DNA of 64,000 bases from an uncultured Planctomycetota bacterium (GTDB taxonomy: Bacteria; Planctomycetota; Planctomycetia; Isosphaerales; Isosphaeraceae). The stretch spans positions 1,903,748 through 1,967,747 of the forward strand of contig CAWGMQ010000005.1 of assembly GCA_963823665.1 (NCBI GenBank), in the 5' to 3' direction. The position numbers and the translations under genes were made by a program. How positions within the stretch are numbered: the stretch's first letter is position 1; every line of letters starts with the position of its first letter. Below, one piece after another: positions 53,056 through 62,932 of this stretch. The notes beneath the pieces were generated by a model. That model did no database searches and was not told the DNA's origin. It saw only the letters and a program-made list of their open reading frames with translations.

Positions 53056-53628
53056 TCACCTCCGGGGAGCTTCCTTGAAGCAACCCTCCATATGGTCATT
53101 GACCAAGCCGACCGCCTGCATGAAGGCATAGATGATGAAATCGCCCACAAAGCTCATCCCGCGTTTTTTGAGATCCTTCGACAGTGCAGCAGACTCGGCT
53201 GTCCCTCGAGGAATCTCGTTCATGGATTCCGGACGATTTACTCGGGGTTCATTGCCGACAAAGGCCCAGACATACGCATCAAATGAGCCAAACTCCGTTT
53301 GGATCGCACAAAAGACCCGAGCATTCGCACGTGTCGAGAAGACCTTCTGCCGGTTGCGGATGATTTCGCCGGTCTGAAGCACATCTTCTAACTCTTGATC
53401 CGTCATTTTCGCAACTTTGGCGGGATCAAAGTTCTTGAATGCTTTGCGATACCCGTCACGTCGCTTGAGGATGGTATACCAGCTCAAACCAGCCTGCGCG
53501 CCTTCGAGAATGAGCATCTCGAACAGCGTTCGGTCATCGTGCACGGGCTCACCCCATTCGGTGTCATGGTACTCGGCATAATCGGGTTTGCCTTCGGGGA
53601 CCCAACTGCAACGCGTTCTTGCTTTCAT
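53056..53628 (-). CDS. tag: DNA-3-methyladenine glycosylase I
   Basis: RCSW, YHDTEWG, LEGAQAGLSW, IIRNR.K, AFMQAVGLVNDH..C. Confidence 0.95.
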   Translation of the reverse strand: MKARTRCSWVPEGKPDYAEYHDTEWGEPVHDDRTLFEMLILEGAQAGLSWYTILKRRDGYRKAFKNFDPAKVAKMTDQELEDVLQTGEIIRNRQKVFSTRANARVFCAIQTEFGSFDAYVWAFVGNEPRVNRPESMNEIPRGTAESAALSKDLKKRGMSFVGDFIIYAFMQAVGLVNDHMEGCFKEAPRR

Positions 53629-53913
53629 ACCCTTTCCCCCCGCAGACTTTGGTTTGGCAAAAGATGCCATGAGCGGTAGTATTGACCCGTGGAGGAAGAT
53701 CACCATGACGACAATGAATATCGGAGACTGCTTTCCAGGAGTACCCTTCCAACACGCCCATCGATGGTAGCCGCATCTAGGGCCACTATTTCCAGGCTGC
53801 CCTTGCCATAAAGCGACATTCGTCTCCGATCGACATCATTGCGGGTACAGATCCAGTTCATCACGCGTTCGATATTAGACGTCCGGACACACTTCTCGTC
53901 GAGGGTTACAACC

Positions 53914-54210
53914 ATGTGGAGGCAGGGAGACGTCTTGATTTCCACCGTCGCTGCGATCCCACGAGGTGCCACCAAGCGGCGCGATTGCGTTCTGGCTGAA
54001 GGAGAATTAACCGGGCACACTCATCGGATCGACCAGCCGGGTACCGCAGAGCTCTTTGAACATGAGGGCAGGCTCTACTTACGAGTCCTCGCCGCCGAGG
54101 CGAGGGTGGTTCATCAGGAACACGGTCCGATCACGCTTCAGGCGGGACTCTACGCTGTATGGCAACAACGAGAGTACTCGCCACAATCCATTCGCTCCGT
54201 CAAAGATTGA
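53914..54210 (+). CDS. Small His-rich RQGD-motif protein (typical DUF6745 partner)
   Basis: MWRQGDVLI...LAEGELTGHTH...VHQEH...G.Y...QQREY. Confidence 0.8.
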   Translation: MWRQGDVLISTVAAIPRGATKRRDCVLAEGELTGHTHRIDQPGTAELFEHEGRLYLRVLAAEARVVHQEHGPITLQAGLYAVWQQREYSPQSIRSVKD

Positions 54211-54319
54211 TATGCTGCACCCGAGCGGATGACCGACCCGAAGAATCATACAGTTCGCGTTCAGGTTGAAAGCCTGATCTACGAGTCGCATTTGGAGCAC
54301 ATCCACCGAGGGTTCTGCC

Positions 54320-55438
54320 ATGCGATTCGACGATGAAGAGGGCAGGACCTTCGCACTCCTGGAATCCGGCAAACTGGTGCTCACCGATCTAGCACCAGCT
54401 CATTTCGAACGATGCGATCGACTCGACTTAAGCGGCAATCAAGACTTGGTTGAGCTGCCTGAGGGCCTTCGCGTCGACAAGCTTTTTCTTCGAGGCTGCA
54501 CGCGACTGAGACGACTGCCGGCGGGGCTCGATGTCAGTTTCCTGAGCCTCGCGCACTGCACGGGGATCACGGCTCTTCCGAGCGGCCTTAGCTGCGACAC
54601 CTTGAAACTTCACGGAACACTTCTGCGCTCGCTACCGGACGACATTCGGGTTATCGCTAGGCTTGACCTGACGGACTGCCGCGAATTGATGCATCTCCCA
54701 GCAGGTCTCAGAGTGGGATCGTCCAATGTGCCTCCGGGAACAACAACTGGCGGTGCGCTGATCCTGCGCCGGTGCACATCGTTGGAGTACTTGCCCGATG
54801 GGCTCGATGTCTGCCGCCTCGACATACGAGGCTGTACGGCTTTACTTGGATGGCCCGACGGCGCACAAGCTCGAGTTGACCGGATGATCGCTCAAGGATG
54901 CACCCGGCTGAAGTCGTTGCCTGCGCGGTTGTCCGTGTCGCGCCTCGATATAACCGATTGTGTAAGCCTAGTCAGTTTGCCAGACGGGCTTCGTGTCAGC
55001 TCTGAAATCGAAATTGCCAACACGGGATTAACCCGTCTTCCGGACACCCTTCACAACGTCACCTTGCGCTGGCGGAGTGTAAGGATCAGTCCCAGAATCG
55101 CGTTTCAGCCCGAGAACATCATCGTCGAAGAGATCGTCTCCGAAACAAACTCCGAGTTGCGGCGTGTCCTCCTCGAGCGATTTGGTCTTGAGAGGTTCCT
55201 CTGCGCGGCCGAGGCGGAAGTGCTCGACAGAGACCAGGACGCTGGTGGCGAACGAAAGCTACTGCGAGTCCCCATGAAAGGCGACGAGGACCTGGTGTGC
55301 ATCCTGGTAATCTGTCCTTCCACATCACGGCAATATATCCTTCGAGTGCCCCCAACGATGCGAACCTGCCGTCAGGCCGTAGCCTGGACGGCTGGTTTTG
55401 ACAACGCTGACGATTACCACCCTTTGGTCGAGACTTGA
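54320..55438 (+). CDS. Leucine-rich-repeat protein with C-terminal DUF6745 domain
   Basis: Repeated L.L.GC..L..LP.GL.V units; C-term N.ELRRVLLERFG, CPST...Y.LRVPP...CRQAVAWT...Y.P..ET. Confidence 0.82.
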   Translation: MRFDDEEGRTFALLESGKLVLTDLAPAHFERCDRLDLSGNQDLVELPEGLRVDKLFLRGCTRLRRLPAGLDVSFLSLAHCTGITALPSGLSCDTLKLHGTLLRSLPDDIRVIARLDLTDCRELMHLPAGLRVGSSNVPPGTTTGGALILRRCTSLEYLPDGLDVCRLDIRGCTALLGWPDGAQARVDRMIAQGCTRLKSLPARLSVSRLDITDCVSLVSLPDGLRVSSEIEIANTGLTRLPDTLHNVTLRWRSVRISPRIAFQPENIIVEEIVSETNSELRRVLLERFGLERFLCAAEAEVLDRDQDAGGERKLLRVPMKGDEDLVCILVICPSTSRQYILRVPPTMRTCRQAVAWTAGFDNADDYHPLVET

Positions 55439-55494
55439 AACAGGTCGCGTTTGCGTCGAGTACCACTACTCCCCGCGTTCAACCCGCCAAAAAA

Positions 55495-56368
55495 TCAAGC
55501 CAACCCCTTGCACTTCGCCTCCACTCGCGCCTGATAGTTATCAATCATGTGCGAGGCAATCCGGCTCGTGACCAGCCCCCAGACTTGATCAGCCACTCCC
55601 GGATCAAGCTCCTTCGCTGCGGGTTCTGACGATTGGCCAAGTGCTTGCAGACTTGCGGCAGCAGCAGCGACCTGGGCCGCACTGAGCGCCACTTCGTTAA
55701 GACAATGCTGGTACGCATTCGCGAGCAGACTCACCGAGGGAAGGTGCGGCACCACGTCATTCAAGTCGACAAACCGATAGATCTTCCCCGAAAACTCCTG
55801 CTCAAACGCCTTCGCCGCCCTGTCATTGCCGATCATCGGGGCCCCGAAGGTGACCACCTCCTGCACCGCTAGGAAGTTGCGCTGAAACCGCCACGCCGCC
55901 AGCAGCGCAATCGCACCCCCGAGACTGTGACCTGTAACCCAGAGCGGCCGTTCTTTGGCCTTCTGGGCCTGATCGACGGCGGCAAAAAGCGGCTCCCATA
56001 CCATCGCGAGAGCATCCAGAAAACCTCTGTGAAACCTCGCCCCTACACCTGCGGCTGCGAACTCCGTTCCGCTCTGGCCTTCCGGTAGGATCAGGTAGTT
56101 GTTCGCGTTCGTCAGGAGCCAATCTTTGAGCCCATCAAGGGTGTTCGGCGCTTCAGAACCACGAAAGGCAACAACAAGCGCCTGATCGTTCTGCGCTACG
56201 TAGACCTGCGTGTTGTCCACGCTGATCAATCGCGCTTCCAGCCCGAGCTCCTGACTGAAACCGTGGCGTTCCCTGAACCTCCGGCAGATAGGCCAGCTCA
56301 CACGCCCGAGCGAGGAAGAGTGCGTTGCGAGCATTCCCGCTTGCCGAGGGATCGAGTGACATGCTCAT
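55495..56368 (-). CDS. Lipase class 3 family protein, frameshift near N-terminus
   Basis: VVAFRGS, FHRGF, GHSLGG nucleophile elbow, TFGAP, DVVPHLP, H; N-terminus (LARACELAY) in another frame. Confidence 0.88.
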
Positions 56369-56381
56369 CGATGTCGTTCCC

Positions 56382-57413
56382 TTATCGTTCTGGAAGTGGG
56401 TCGCTTCTCATTACGTGACGCCCCGGTTTGGCATCGTGCCAGGCTTGAGTTGTCTCCCGGCTAATTTGCGTGCCACGCACGTCGAGCTCCATGAGCGAAT
56501 CCTTCGCAAAGAGCGCGGAGCGGAAGCCTTTGTCCGTGATCTTGGTCCTTGCCAATCGAAGTTTGGCCAGAGCGGGAAGGTCTCTGAGGATCTCCAGCCC
56601 GGCGTCCGTCACCTGGCTGCCGTTCAGATCAAGCTCCTTCAACAGCTTCATCCCTTTGAGTGCTTCGAGTGACTCATCGTTCACGTCCGGGTTGGCCATC
56701 TGAAGCACGGCCACGTCTTGCTTCTCTTTCAGGTCAGGCGCTGTCTTGGGGTCCGATCCGGTCAAGGTGATGTGCTTTTCACCTCCGACTTCCCGCTCCC
56801 GCACGCTTGTGTCTGGTGGAACTAAGTGCGTATAGATCGCCGGCAGCGCTGCGACCAGCAGGCACACCAGGAACAAGCCAAGTGGCACTCTCCCTTTCCG
56901 TGGATAACGGCCGGCAAAGACAAACCCAACCGGCGGGAAGACAAGACTGCCTATCCCCCAGCTCCGACGCTCCCGGAATGCCCGTATCAATAGCCACACC
57001 CAGGCGAGCACCGCCAGGACGAGGCCTCCGATGTGCATATAGTACGCTCTGCCTTCCATCCATCCGTGAACAGCATCACTCTCGAGAGCGGTCCTTGCCA
57101 CGGAGAAAAACGTCGCCTCCTTGCGCAGGCGCTCGCGTAACGCAAGATCAGATGGCCCAACCAGCGACCACGTCACAGGTACAGCCGCGACCACACTTGC
57201 CAGCACGAAGCCGACAAGCGGCCCGATTGCCCGCTCCGCATGGCGCCATGCGAACACAAGCACCAGCGGCGGCAGAGCCAGGCTCGCGATGCCCCACCCA
57301 ACGTGCTGCTTGAACGCTCGCGCCACCAGCCAGATCCAGGCTAGTGCCGCGAGCGTGAGCCCGCCCAGTAGCACGGCAACCGCGTAGTCTTCCATGATTC
57401 CTCTGCTGTTCAC
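56382..57413 (-). CDS. Membrane protein with duplicated TM module and C-terminal LRR domain
   Basis: Two GGL.LA.LAW.WL..RAF....WGI.SL..PP units; LKELDLNGSQVTDAGL-type LRRs. Confidence 0.8.
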   Translation of the reverse strand: MNSRGIMEDYAVAVLLGGLTLAALAWIWLVARAFKQHVGWGIASLALPPLVLVFAWRHAERAIGPLVGFVLASVVAAVPVTWSLVGPSDLALRERLRKEATFFSVARTALESDAVHGWMEGRAYYMHIGGLVLAVLAWVWLLIRAFRERRSWGIGSLVFPPVGFVFAGRYPRKGRVPLGLFLVCLLVAALPAIYTHLVPPDTSVREREVGGEKHITLTGSDPKTAPDLKEKQDVAVLQMANPDVNDESLEALKGMKLLKELDLNGSQVTDAGLEILRDLPALAKLRLARTKITDKGFRSALFAKDSLMELDVRGTQISRETTQAWHDAKPGRHVMRSDPLPER

Positions 57414-58573
57414 TTCACCACCGCCGCCAAGACTTTGAGAACCAGGTTACGCTCAAAGTTGCCCGGGAATTCATGACCATCTCCCAGCCGAACGAATACC
57501 AGGTCCAGGCTCGGTACGACGAAGCCGTCGTTGTGGTCGCGGCCTAAAGTCATGACAAGGTCGCCAGGCGCTCCCGAGACATGCGGTTGGGTCCACCACT
57601 GTGCGCCGTAGTCAGACTTAACTGATGTCCCCTTCCAGGCAAAGTCATAGTACGATGCCGGAACAATCCGCTTACCGGCCCATTCTCCCTTATGCAGCGC
57701 AAGGTAGCAGAACCTCGCATGCTGTCGCGGATTGGTGAAGATGCCGCTATAGCCCTGACTCATCGGCCCGATCGCCCCGTTGCCGCCGATCTGCGTCCAT
57801 CGAAGTTGTGTTTCACCGATCGGCTCGAATAACTTTCGCTTCAAGAACGGAAAAAGATCCTCACCCGCGGCGCGGTTGAACAGGAGCACCAGGTGCGCCA
57901 CCCCCGCGTTGCTGTAGTGAAAGGCGGCCCCGGGATCGTTCATCAGCTTCGCCATCGGTGATCCCGACACGTGCCCCAGCGCCCACTCGAAAGGATGATC
58001 CTGAACGGGTGGATTCTGCGTGTCGAGACCTGACGCCATGTTCAGAAGGTTACGCACGGTGATTTCTGCCTTGCGTGGATCGGGTAAGGGCAGCGACTCG
58101 GGTATCCATTCCTCGTTACAGACCTTCGTATCGAGCGAGAGTGTTTTCCCGCCTGGAAGCGGTCCATTTCCAAAGTCCGATAGGATCAGTCCAAATGCCG
58201 TGCTGGTGTATGACTTCGAGCTGGAGTAGATATTGAACGCCTTCGTACGATCTCCGTCCCGATACCATTCGCCCACGATATGCCCATGCCGGATGACGAG
58301 CAGACCCGTGGCGCCTGCGGCCTGGGAGTTATGGTCCCAGGCTGCCTTGAGCAAATCCCAATCCACCCCGCCCAGCTCGCGGATCCGCGCCTTCTGCGAA
58401 TCGTCGGGCTCTCCCTCCGCCGGCAGTAAGCTCCGCCAGCCCCCCTGCTCCTCCGGCGTGGGGAAATAGTCACTCAGGACCGGAGTGTTCTGGTCGCCAG
58501 CCTTCGCTCGAGGCGGAGCGACAGCCAGAACGAGCAGCAGGCCAAGTCCCACGGAGCGTGCAAGACGATTCAT
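57410..58573 (-). CDS. Serine hydrolase, beta-lactamase class C-like, secreted
   Basis: Signal peptide, SSSK (SxxK), LLNMASG, FHYSN (YxN), YGAQWW. Confidence 0.88.
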   Translation of the reverse strand: MNRLARSVGLGLLLVLAVAPPRAKAGDQNTPVLSDYFPTPEEQGGWRSLLPAEGEPDDSQKARIRELGGVDWDLLKAAWDHNSQAAGATGLLVIRHGHIVGEWYRDGDRTKAFNIYSSSKSYTSTAFGLILSDFGNGPLPGGKTLSLDTKVCNEEWIPESLPLPDPRKAEITVRNLLNMASGLDTQNPPVQDHPFEWALGHVSGSPMAKLMNDPGAAFHYSNAGVAHLVLLFNRAAGEDLFPFLKRKLFEPIGETQLRWTQIGGNGAIGPMSQGYSGIFTNPRQHARFCYLALHKGEWAGKRIVPASYYDFAWKGTSVKSDYGAQWWTQPHVSGAPGDLVMTLGRDHNDGFVVPSLDLVFVRLGDGHEFPGNFERNLVLKVLAAVVK

Positions 58574-58664
58574 GAATACCACCTTGCCTTCTTCAATCGT
58601 GCAGACTGCACAGCTTGGATAGAGAGTTTTGCCGGATGAGAAGGGCCGCATGGCTCTTCAGTAA

Positions 58665-59849
58665 TCACCTCGCGTGGGCTGTTGCATGCCGAGGCGTTGC
58701 GCTCGTTGATATGGCGTGTCCCTGGCAAAGAGCAGCCAGGCGATCCACAACCAAGAATGCTGCGTTGGGCTTTCCCATGATCCTGGCGTTCTCACTCATA
58801 CTAGCGAGTTTTCCAGGCGTATTGATCAGGTTTTCAATTTTGTAGGAGAGCGCGGGGAGGTTATTGCAGCGAATGGCAGCTCCTTGTTCGAGGAGATGGT
58901 CGGAATTTCGCTCCTCCTGGCCCGGAATCGGGTTGATCACCACCATGGGAACACCTTTGGCGAGGACCTCCGACGTTGTCAAGCCGCCTGGCTTGCCGAC
59001 GAATAGATCGGCCGCCGTCATCAGCTCATCCATCTCGGTCGTGAATCCCACGATTGTGAAAAACACGCCTGACTGCTTTCGCAGGTTCTTCACGAGCTCG
59101 CTGAGCTGCGCCGCGAGCGCCTCGTTCCGGCCGCACACGGCCACCACCTGCACCGGACGCGAAATGCGAGAGAGAGCCTGCATCATGTGCCCGACTGGTC
59201 CCACGCCGAACCCTCCCGCTGAGACCAGGATGGTGAATCGGTCCGGGTCGAGACTGTGCTTTCGCCGCATGGCACGCTGATCCTTCGCCTCCATGAACAC
59301 CGGATCGATGGGTATGCCCGTTACGCTGATCAGCGATTGCGCGACACCGAGCGCCTTGAGATGAACTCTGGTCTCCTCGAGCGCAACGAAGTACTGCTCA
59401 ACATGGCGGCACAGCCACATGGCATGCACATCAAAATCAGTCACCACGACTGTATTCAGGACCTTCACCTTCCCCTCTCCTTTGAGCGAGGAAATGATCC
59501 CTGACGGTAGGAAGTGCGTGCAAATGGCGACATCCGGCTGATACCGTCGCAAATACCGGATAAATGGATTCGCATTCAGTCGGTCAAACGCCGCTCGGAT
59601 CGGGTCGTTTTTCCGGGGATCGTCCAGATAGTCGTATAGCCAACCCAGGACCTCCGGGGCGTTGTTGACCAGGTCGATGTACGCCTTCGAGTACAGATGG
59701 CGAAAAACTTTGTTGGTGTACTTGAGCACGTCGAGGTGCTGAACCTCGGAAGCAAGACCACGAAGGCGAATGGCCTTTTCGATCGCCTCGGCCGCGCGGA
59801 GGTGGCCGGCCCCTGCACTGGCGGAAAGAACGAGAACTCGACCAAGCAT
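58665..59849 (-). CDS. MGDG synthase/UgtP-like diacylglycerol glycosyltransferase (GT28)
   Basis: SAGAGHLRAA, CTHFLP, VVTDF..H..W, TGIPI, KPGGLTTSE, PIPGQEERN. Confidence 0.9.
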   Translation of the reverse strand: MLGRVLVLSASAGAGHLRAAEAIEKAIRLRGLASEVQHLDVLKYTNKVFRHLYSKAYIDLVNNAPEVLGWLYDYLDDPRKNDPIRAAFDRLNANPFIRYLRRYQPDVAICTHFLPSGIISSLKGEGKVKVLNTVVVTDFDVHAMWLCRHVEQYFVALEETRVHLKALGVAQSLISVTGIPIDPVFMEAKDQRAMRRKHSLDPDRFTILVSAGGFGVGPVGHMMQALSRISRPVQVVAVCGRNEALAAQLSELVKNLRKQSGVFFTIVGFTTEMDELMTAADLFVGKPGGLTTSEVLAKGVPMVVINPIPGQEERNSDHLLEQGAAIRCNNLPALSYKIENLINTPGKLASMSENARIMGKPNAAFLVVDRLAALCQGHAISTSATPRHATAHAR

Positions 59850-60196
59850 GTTGCACCCCGCTTTCACAGTCTCCGCTGGTTTATTCGGGAATTGTCAACG
59901 CAGATTGGTCAACTGCCTGAACCGGGGGGTTTGGCGAGAGGCAAGCGCTTGGTGGCAAATCCTGCCTCCCGCAAATTTCCCGTCTTCACTTATAACTCAT
60001 GATTCGCACCACCGCACGCATACAGTTGGATGAAGCTTAGCAACTGACCCGCAAGTTGGCGCGCTGCACCACGGCGGCGATTCTCTCAATGAGGAACATC
60101 GATTTCCCGAGGTCGATGGTCCAGACGCGGCGCCGCAGGGGGAACATCAAGCAGTCACGTCAGTAAAGACGTTTGAAGCGTTTAGCCGTTCCTCGA

Positions 60197-60756
60197 TCAA
60201 CGAGCGACGAACTTGATCCAGGTGTTGCGGGCACGATCCCACAACGGCTTGCCAGTCCACTCGTCCGCGACCTGTCTCATCAAATCATCGCCTTCACCCC
60301 ACGGGTTCTCGATCGGCTGACTCTTTCCTCGCTGAGAAAGAACCGATCGCTGATGAAGCTGGAAACCTTCGCAAAGTCATCGCAATACGACCAGCAACCA
60401 CTCTTCAACTCCGTTGTGAAGCGGACCCCGTCATCTCCCCGACCTGTAACGGCGAAATAGGCGCAGCCGCCCTATCGTATCCGGTTGTCCACCATATTGA
60501 AGACCAGCCAATACCCCTTCTTGACGTCGATCTCAATCCGCTCGGCAGTCGCTCCAAACCTTTCTTCGAGAAGGGTCCGCTTGGAATCCGGCACTTTCAC
60601 ACCCTTGTGGTAGATGTCGATGATGAAATCGTCGGTAACTGTAAAGAGGTGGTCAGCAATCACTTCGTCACGTTGTTTGCCAGCTTGTCCATCGCCACAG
60701 AGAAACCCCGCGAGGCTCAAGAGCACAACCGACCCAATTGTCGCGTTTCGTCTCAT
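60197..60756 (-). pseudogene. Secreted hypothetical protein with nonsense codon and frameshift
   Basis: Signal peptide; reading continues past TAG at 60472 (NRIR*GGCAYFAV, probably TGG>TAG) and, after a shift, ends NTWIKFVAR*. Confidence 0.6.
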
Positions 60757-60757
60757 A

Positions 60758-60886
60758 GCTTAACCCTCGCTGTTCGCGTCCGAACCTCTCAGATTATCGT
60801 CGTGACCGCCGCTCTTGGAGTGCAGATTGTAGTCTAAATGGGGAGCGGATCCGCCTTCGGCAGTCTGCTGCATTGACTCGTTAAAC
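60758..60886 (-). repeat. Degenerate attC-like site 1
   Basis: Minus strand GTTTAAC (contains upstream gene stop) - ATGCAGCAGAC ... GTTCGGA or GTTAAGC just before next ATG. Confidence 0.45.
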
Positions 60887-61144
60887 GTGCCGATCGGGTT
60901 GCGGCCAGGTCAGGAGTTGGTCCAGCTTCCCGAGTGCCTCACCGACCTTGTCTCGCTCGGCGGCCGACAGATCACCCCCGGACCTGGCCCCGCGCAACGC
61001 CTCACGAAGGTTGTACCACTGATCGCTTTGGCCGAAGGGCGGCCAAGCAGAAAGGACGATGGCCAGGGCTTTCAGCGCCCTGCGCTCGCACCACTCATCG
61101 ATCAAGGCGGCGACCAAGTTGCAAACCTCTTCACCGGGTGACAC
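60881..61144 (-). CDS. Small hypothetical protein
   Basis: GGGAGG RBS + GTG; LIDEWCERRALKAL...WP...DQW..L. Confidence 0.65.
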   Translation of the reverse strand: MSPGEEVCNLVAALIDEWCERRALKALAIVLSAWPPFGQSDQWYNLREALRGARSGGDLSAAERDKVGEALGKLDQLLTWPQPDRHV

Positions 61145-61155
61145 TCGATGCCTCC

Positions 61156-61596
61156 CTACCACCCTTCCGGCCAACCACCGGGTGGTGCCTTCAACCTGTT
61201 ACGAAAGAACTCGAGATACTTGGGGTCGTCTTGCTCGAACGGGGCTCGACCTTCGGTGAGGTACACCGGGACAAGCCAATTGGCCGCCGCTTCCTTATCG
61301 CCCAGTTCGTAGAGGCTCTGACCAAGCCGCAGTCGCAGGAATGGATTGTCGAGATCCGCCCCGCAACGGAATGCGTGCTGTATGGCCCGACGGCATTCCT
61401 CCCAGTGGCCCAGGAGAAAGTGACAATCAGCGATCGCACCCAAGATGCGGATAGCCGGAGCCTGCTCCTCCCGCGGCGGCGGGAGCACAGACCAAGCGGT
61501 TTGGAACCAGTCGAGTGCCTCCAAGTTATTCCCGGCGGCCGAAAGGTTATTTCCGGTCGAGAAGAGCCGTTCGGTTTCTTCTAGCGCGTCCGTCAT
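61156..61596 (-). CDS. TPR-like protein (immunity-protein-like)
   Basis: Helical repeats, NPFLRLRLGQSLYELG, F...DPKYLEF, PPGGW tail. Confidence 0.75.
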   Translation of the reverse strand: MTDALEETERLFSTGNNLSAAGNNLEALDWFQTAWSVLPPPREEQAPAIRILGAIADCHFLLGHWEECRRAIQHAFRCGADLDNPFLRLRLGQSLYELGDKEAAANWLVPVYLTEGRAPFEQDDPKYLEFFRNRLKAPPGGWPEGW

Positions 61597-61610
61597 TGAT
61601 TCGCCCTCGC

Positions 61611-61673
61611 GTCCTGACGCCCAGGATCAGCAAGACCATCCCCAGATGGGTCCGCCGCATCACAATTTCAGGC
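61611..61673 (-). repeat. Degenerate attC-like site 2
   Basis: Minus strand GCCTGAA...ATGCGGCGGACCCATC-TGGG-GATGGTCTTGCTGATC...CGTCAGGAC: R''/L''/hairpin/L'/R'-like order. Confidence 0.5.
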
Positions 61674-61727
61674 TCAGTCGTAGAGACTGCGGTCAGGGAG
61701 CCGTAAGATCCGGTATCCGGGCGGACG

Positions 61728-62222
61728 TTACAGATCCTCGGTTGTCCCCTCTTGACCGCGGTGGTCGCGCGGTCCCCGGTATGGGATCGCCGCGAGTATA
61801 AGCAGGAGGCCGCCCGCGGCCCTGGCGAACATCTGCCCTTCGTGGAACGCTGCGTTCAGGGCTGGCCGCTCGGGGCGCAGGAGCATCCAGAGCCCGGCGA
61901 TAAGCAGGCCCACCTTGATGAGCGCGACCACGCCTCTGCTGCTGATCATTGGGAAGTCCTTAAACTCGGCCAGCCGTTGTCGCGAATCGCGGGCTACGGC
62001 CAGAGCAGTAACATCCTCTTCGAGCCCAGTGTACTGGCCATACTGAAAGCCGCAGCCACAGCCCTCGTGTGACCCGGCATAGTAGATCCAATGCTTCGTG
62101 AACTGCCTGCGGACCGACTCGTCTCTTTCGGATAACGCCGAGACGTAGAAGCACGGGTTGGCCTCATCCCACAATGACGTAGGAAGCGGGTACTCGGACG
62201 CGATGTAGATCGTCATGCACAT
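61728..62222 (-). pseudogene. Chimeric ORF: truncated GSHEGCGCGF-motif protein fused to a small membrane protein
   Basis: N-term MCMTIYIAS...YAGSHEGCGCGF switches abruptly to a two-TM segment MISSRGVVAL... Confidence 0.55.
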
Positions 62223-62238
62223 CCCGCATTTCTCCATC

Positions 62239-62337
62239 GCCCAGGATCAAGTTCAACTGGCCTGCTCGCCCGAAACCAGCTTCAAAATACCAGAGGCCAC
62301 CGCCACGGGACAGGTTTACTGGAGCACAAGATCAGGC
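62239..62337 (-). repeat. Degenerate attC-like site 3
   Basis: Minus strand GCCTGAT (contains exonuclease stop) - GCTCCAGTAAAC ... GTTGAACTTGATCCTGGGCG; shares TGATCCTGGGCG with site 2. Confidence 0.45.
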
Positions 62338-62901
62338 ATCCCGCACACTGGCTGAGGCATCGCTGGTCTCCCATTGCGGAAGCACCAGGGCTGCAAGTTT
62401 CGCGATGTTTCGGGCGTCATCGATGCCGCGGTGATGTATGCCCTCTAACGGTAGCCCCACTTGAGCGAGGGCCCGTTTCATGCCGCTGGGCCTGAGCCCG
62501 AAGGTGTGCGTGAACTGCTTCTTCACGTTCAAATGCCTCTCGAAGGATGCCGGGAAGGCAAGTTCGTGCCTCTTGCAGTCAATTCGAAACTGGGTCAGGT
62601 CATACTGACCCCAGGAGCAGAGAATGAACGGATCCTCTCCAATCCAGCTCAAGAACTCCGGGAAAACGACCCGGAAATCATCGGCTTGGTCGACGTCGCT
62701 CTGACAGATTGTCGTCAACTGCTGGCAAAAATCGCTCAACTGATTTTCTGCTACCGGACGGATAAACCGGCTGAATTCACCGCTTGGCGGGGTGCCGGCT
62801 GCGGGCAATTCGACGGCGCCGATCTCGATTATCTCCATGCGGTCGTAGTCACGGACGTTTTCCCAACAGGTTGCTTCCAGGTCCACGATAATGTACCGCA
62901 C
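62332..62901 (-). CDS. DEDDh 3'-5' exonuclease (ERI-1/KapD-like)
   Basis: VDLEATC, EIIEIGAV, SWGQYD, HHRGIDDA; GGAGG RBS + GTG. Confidence 0.9.
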   Translation of the reverse strand: MRYIIVDLEATCWENVRDYDRMEIIEIGAVELPAAGTPPSGEFSRFIRPVAENQLSDFCQQLTTICQSDVDQADDFRVVFPEFLSWIGEDPFILCSWGQYDLTQFRIDCKRHELAFPASFERHLNVKKQFTHTFGLRPSGMKRALAQVGLPLEGIHHRGIDDARNIAKLAALVLPQWETSDASASVRDA

Positions 62902-62932
62902 GCCGATTTTTCCTCCGACCTGTTGGTACTGA

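Noticed and set aside
52829..53083. Small minus-strand ORF after tag
   Set aside because: No motif, weak start context; cannot be supported.
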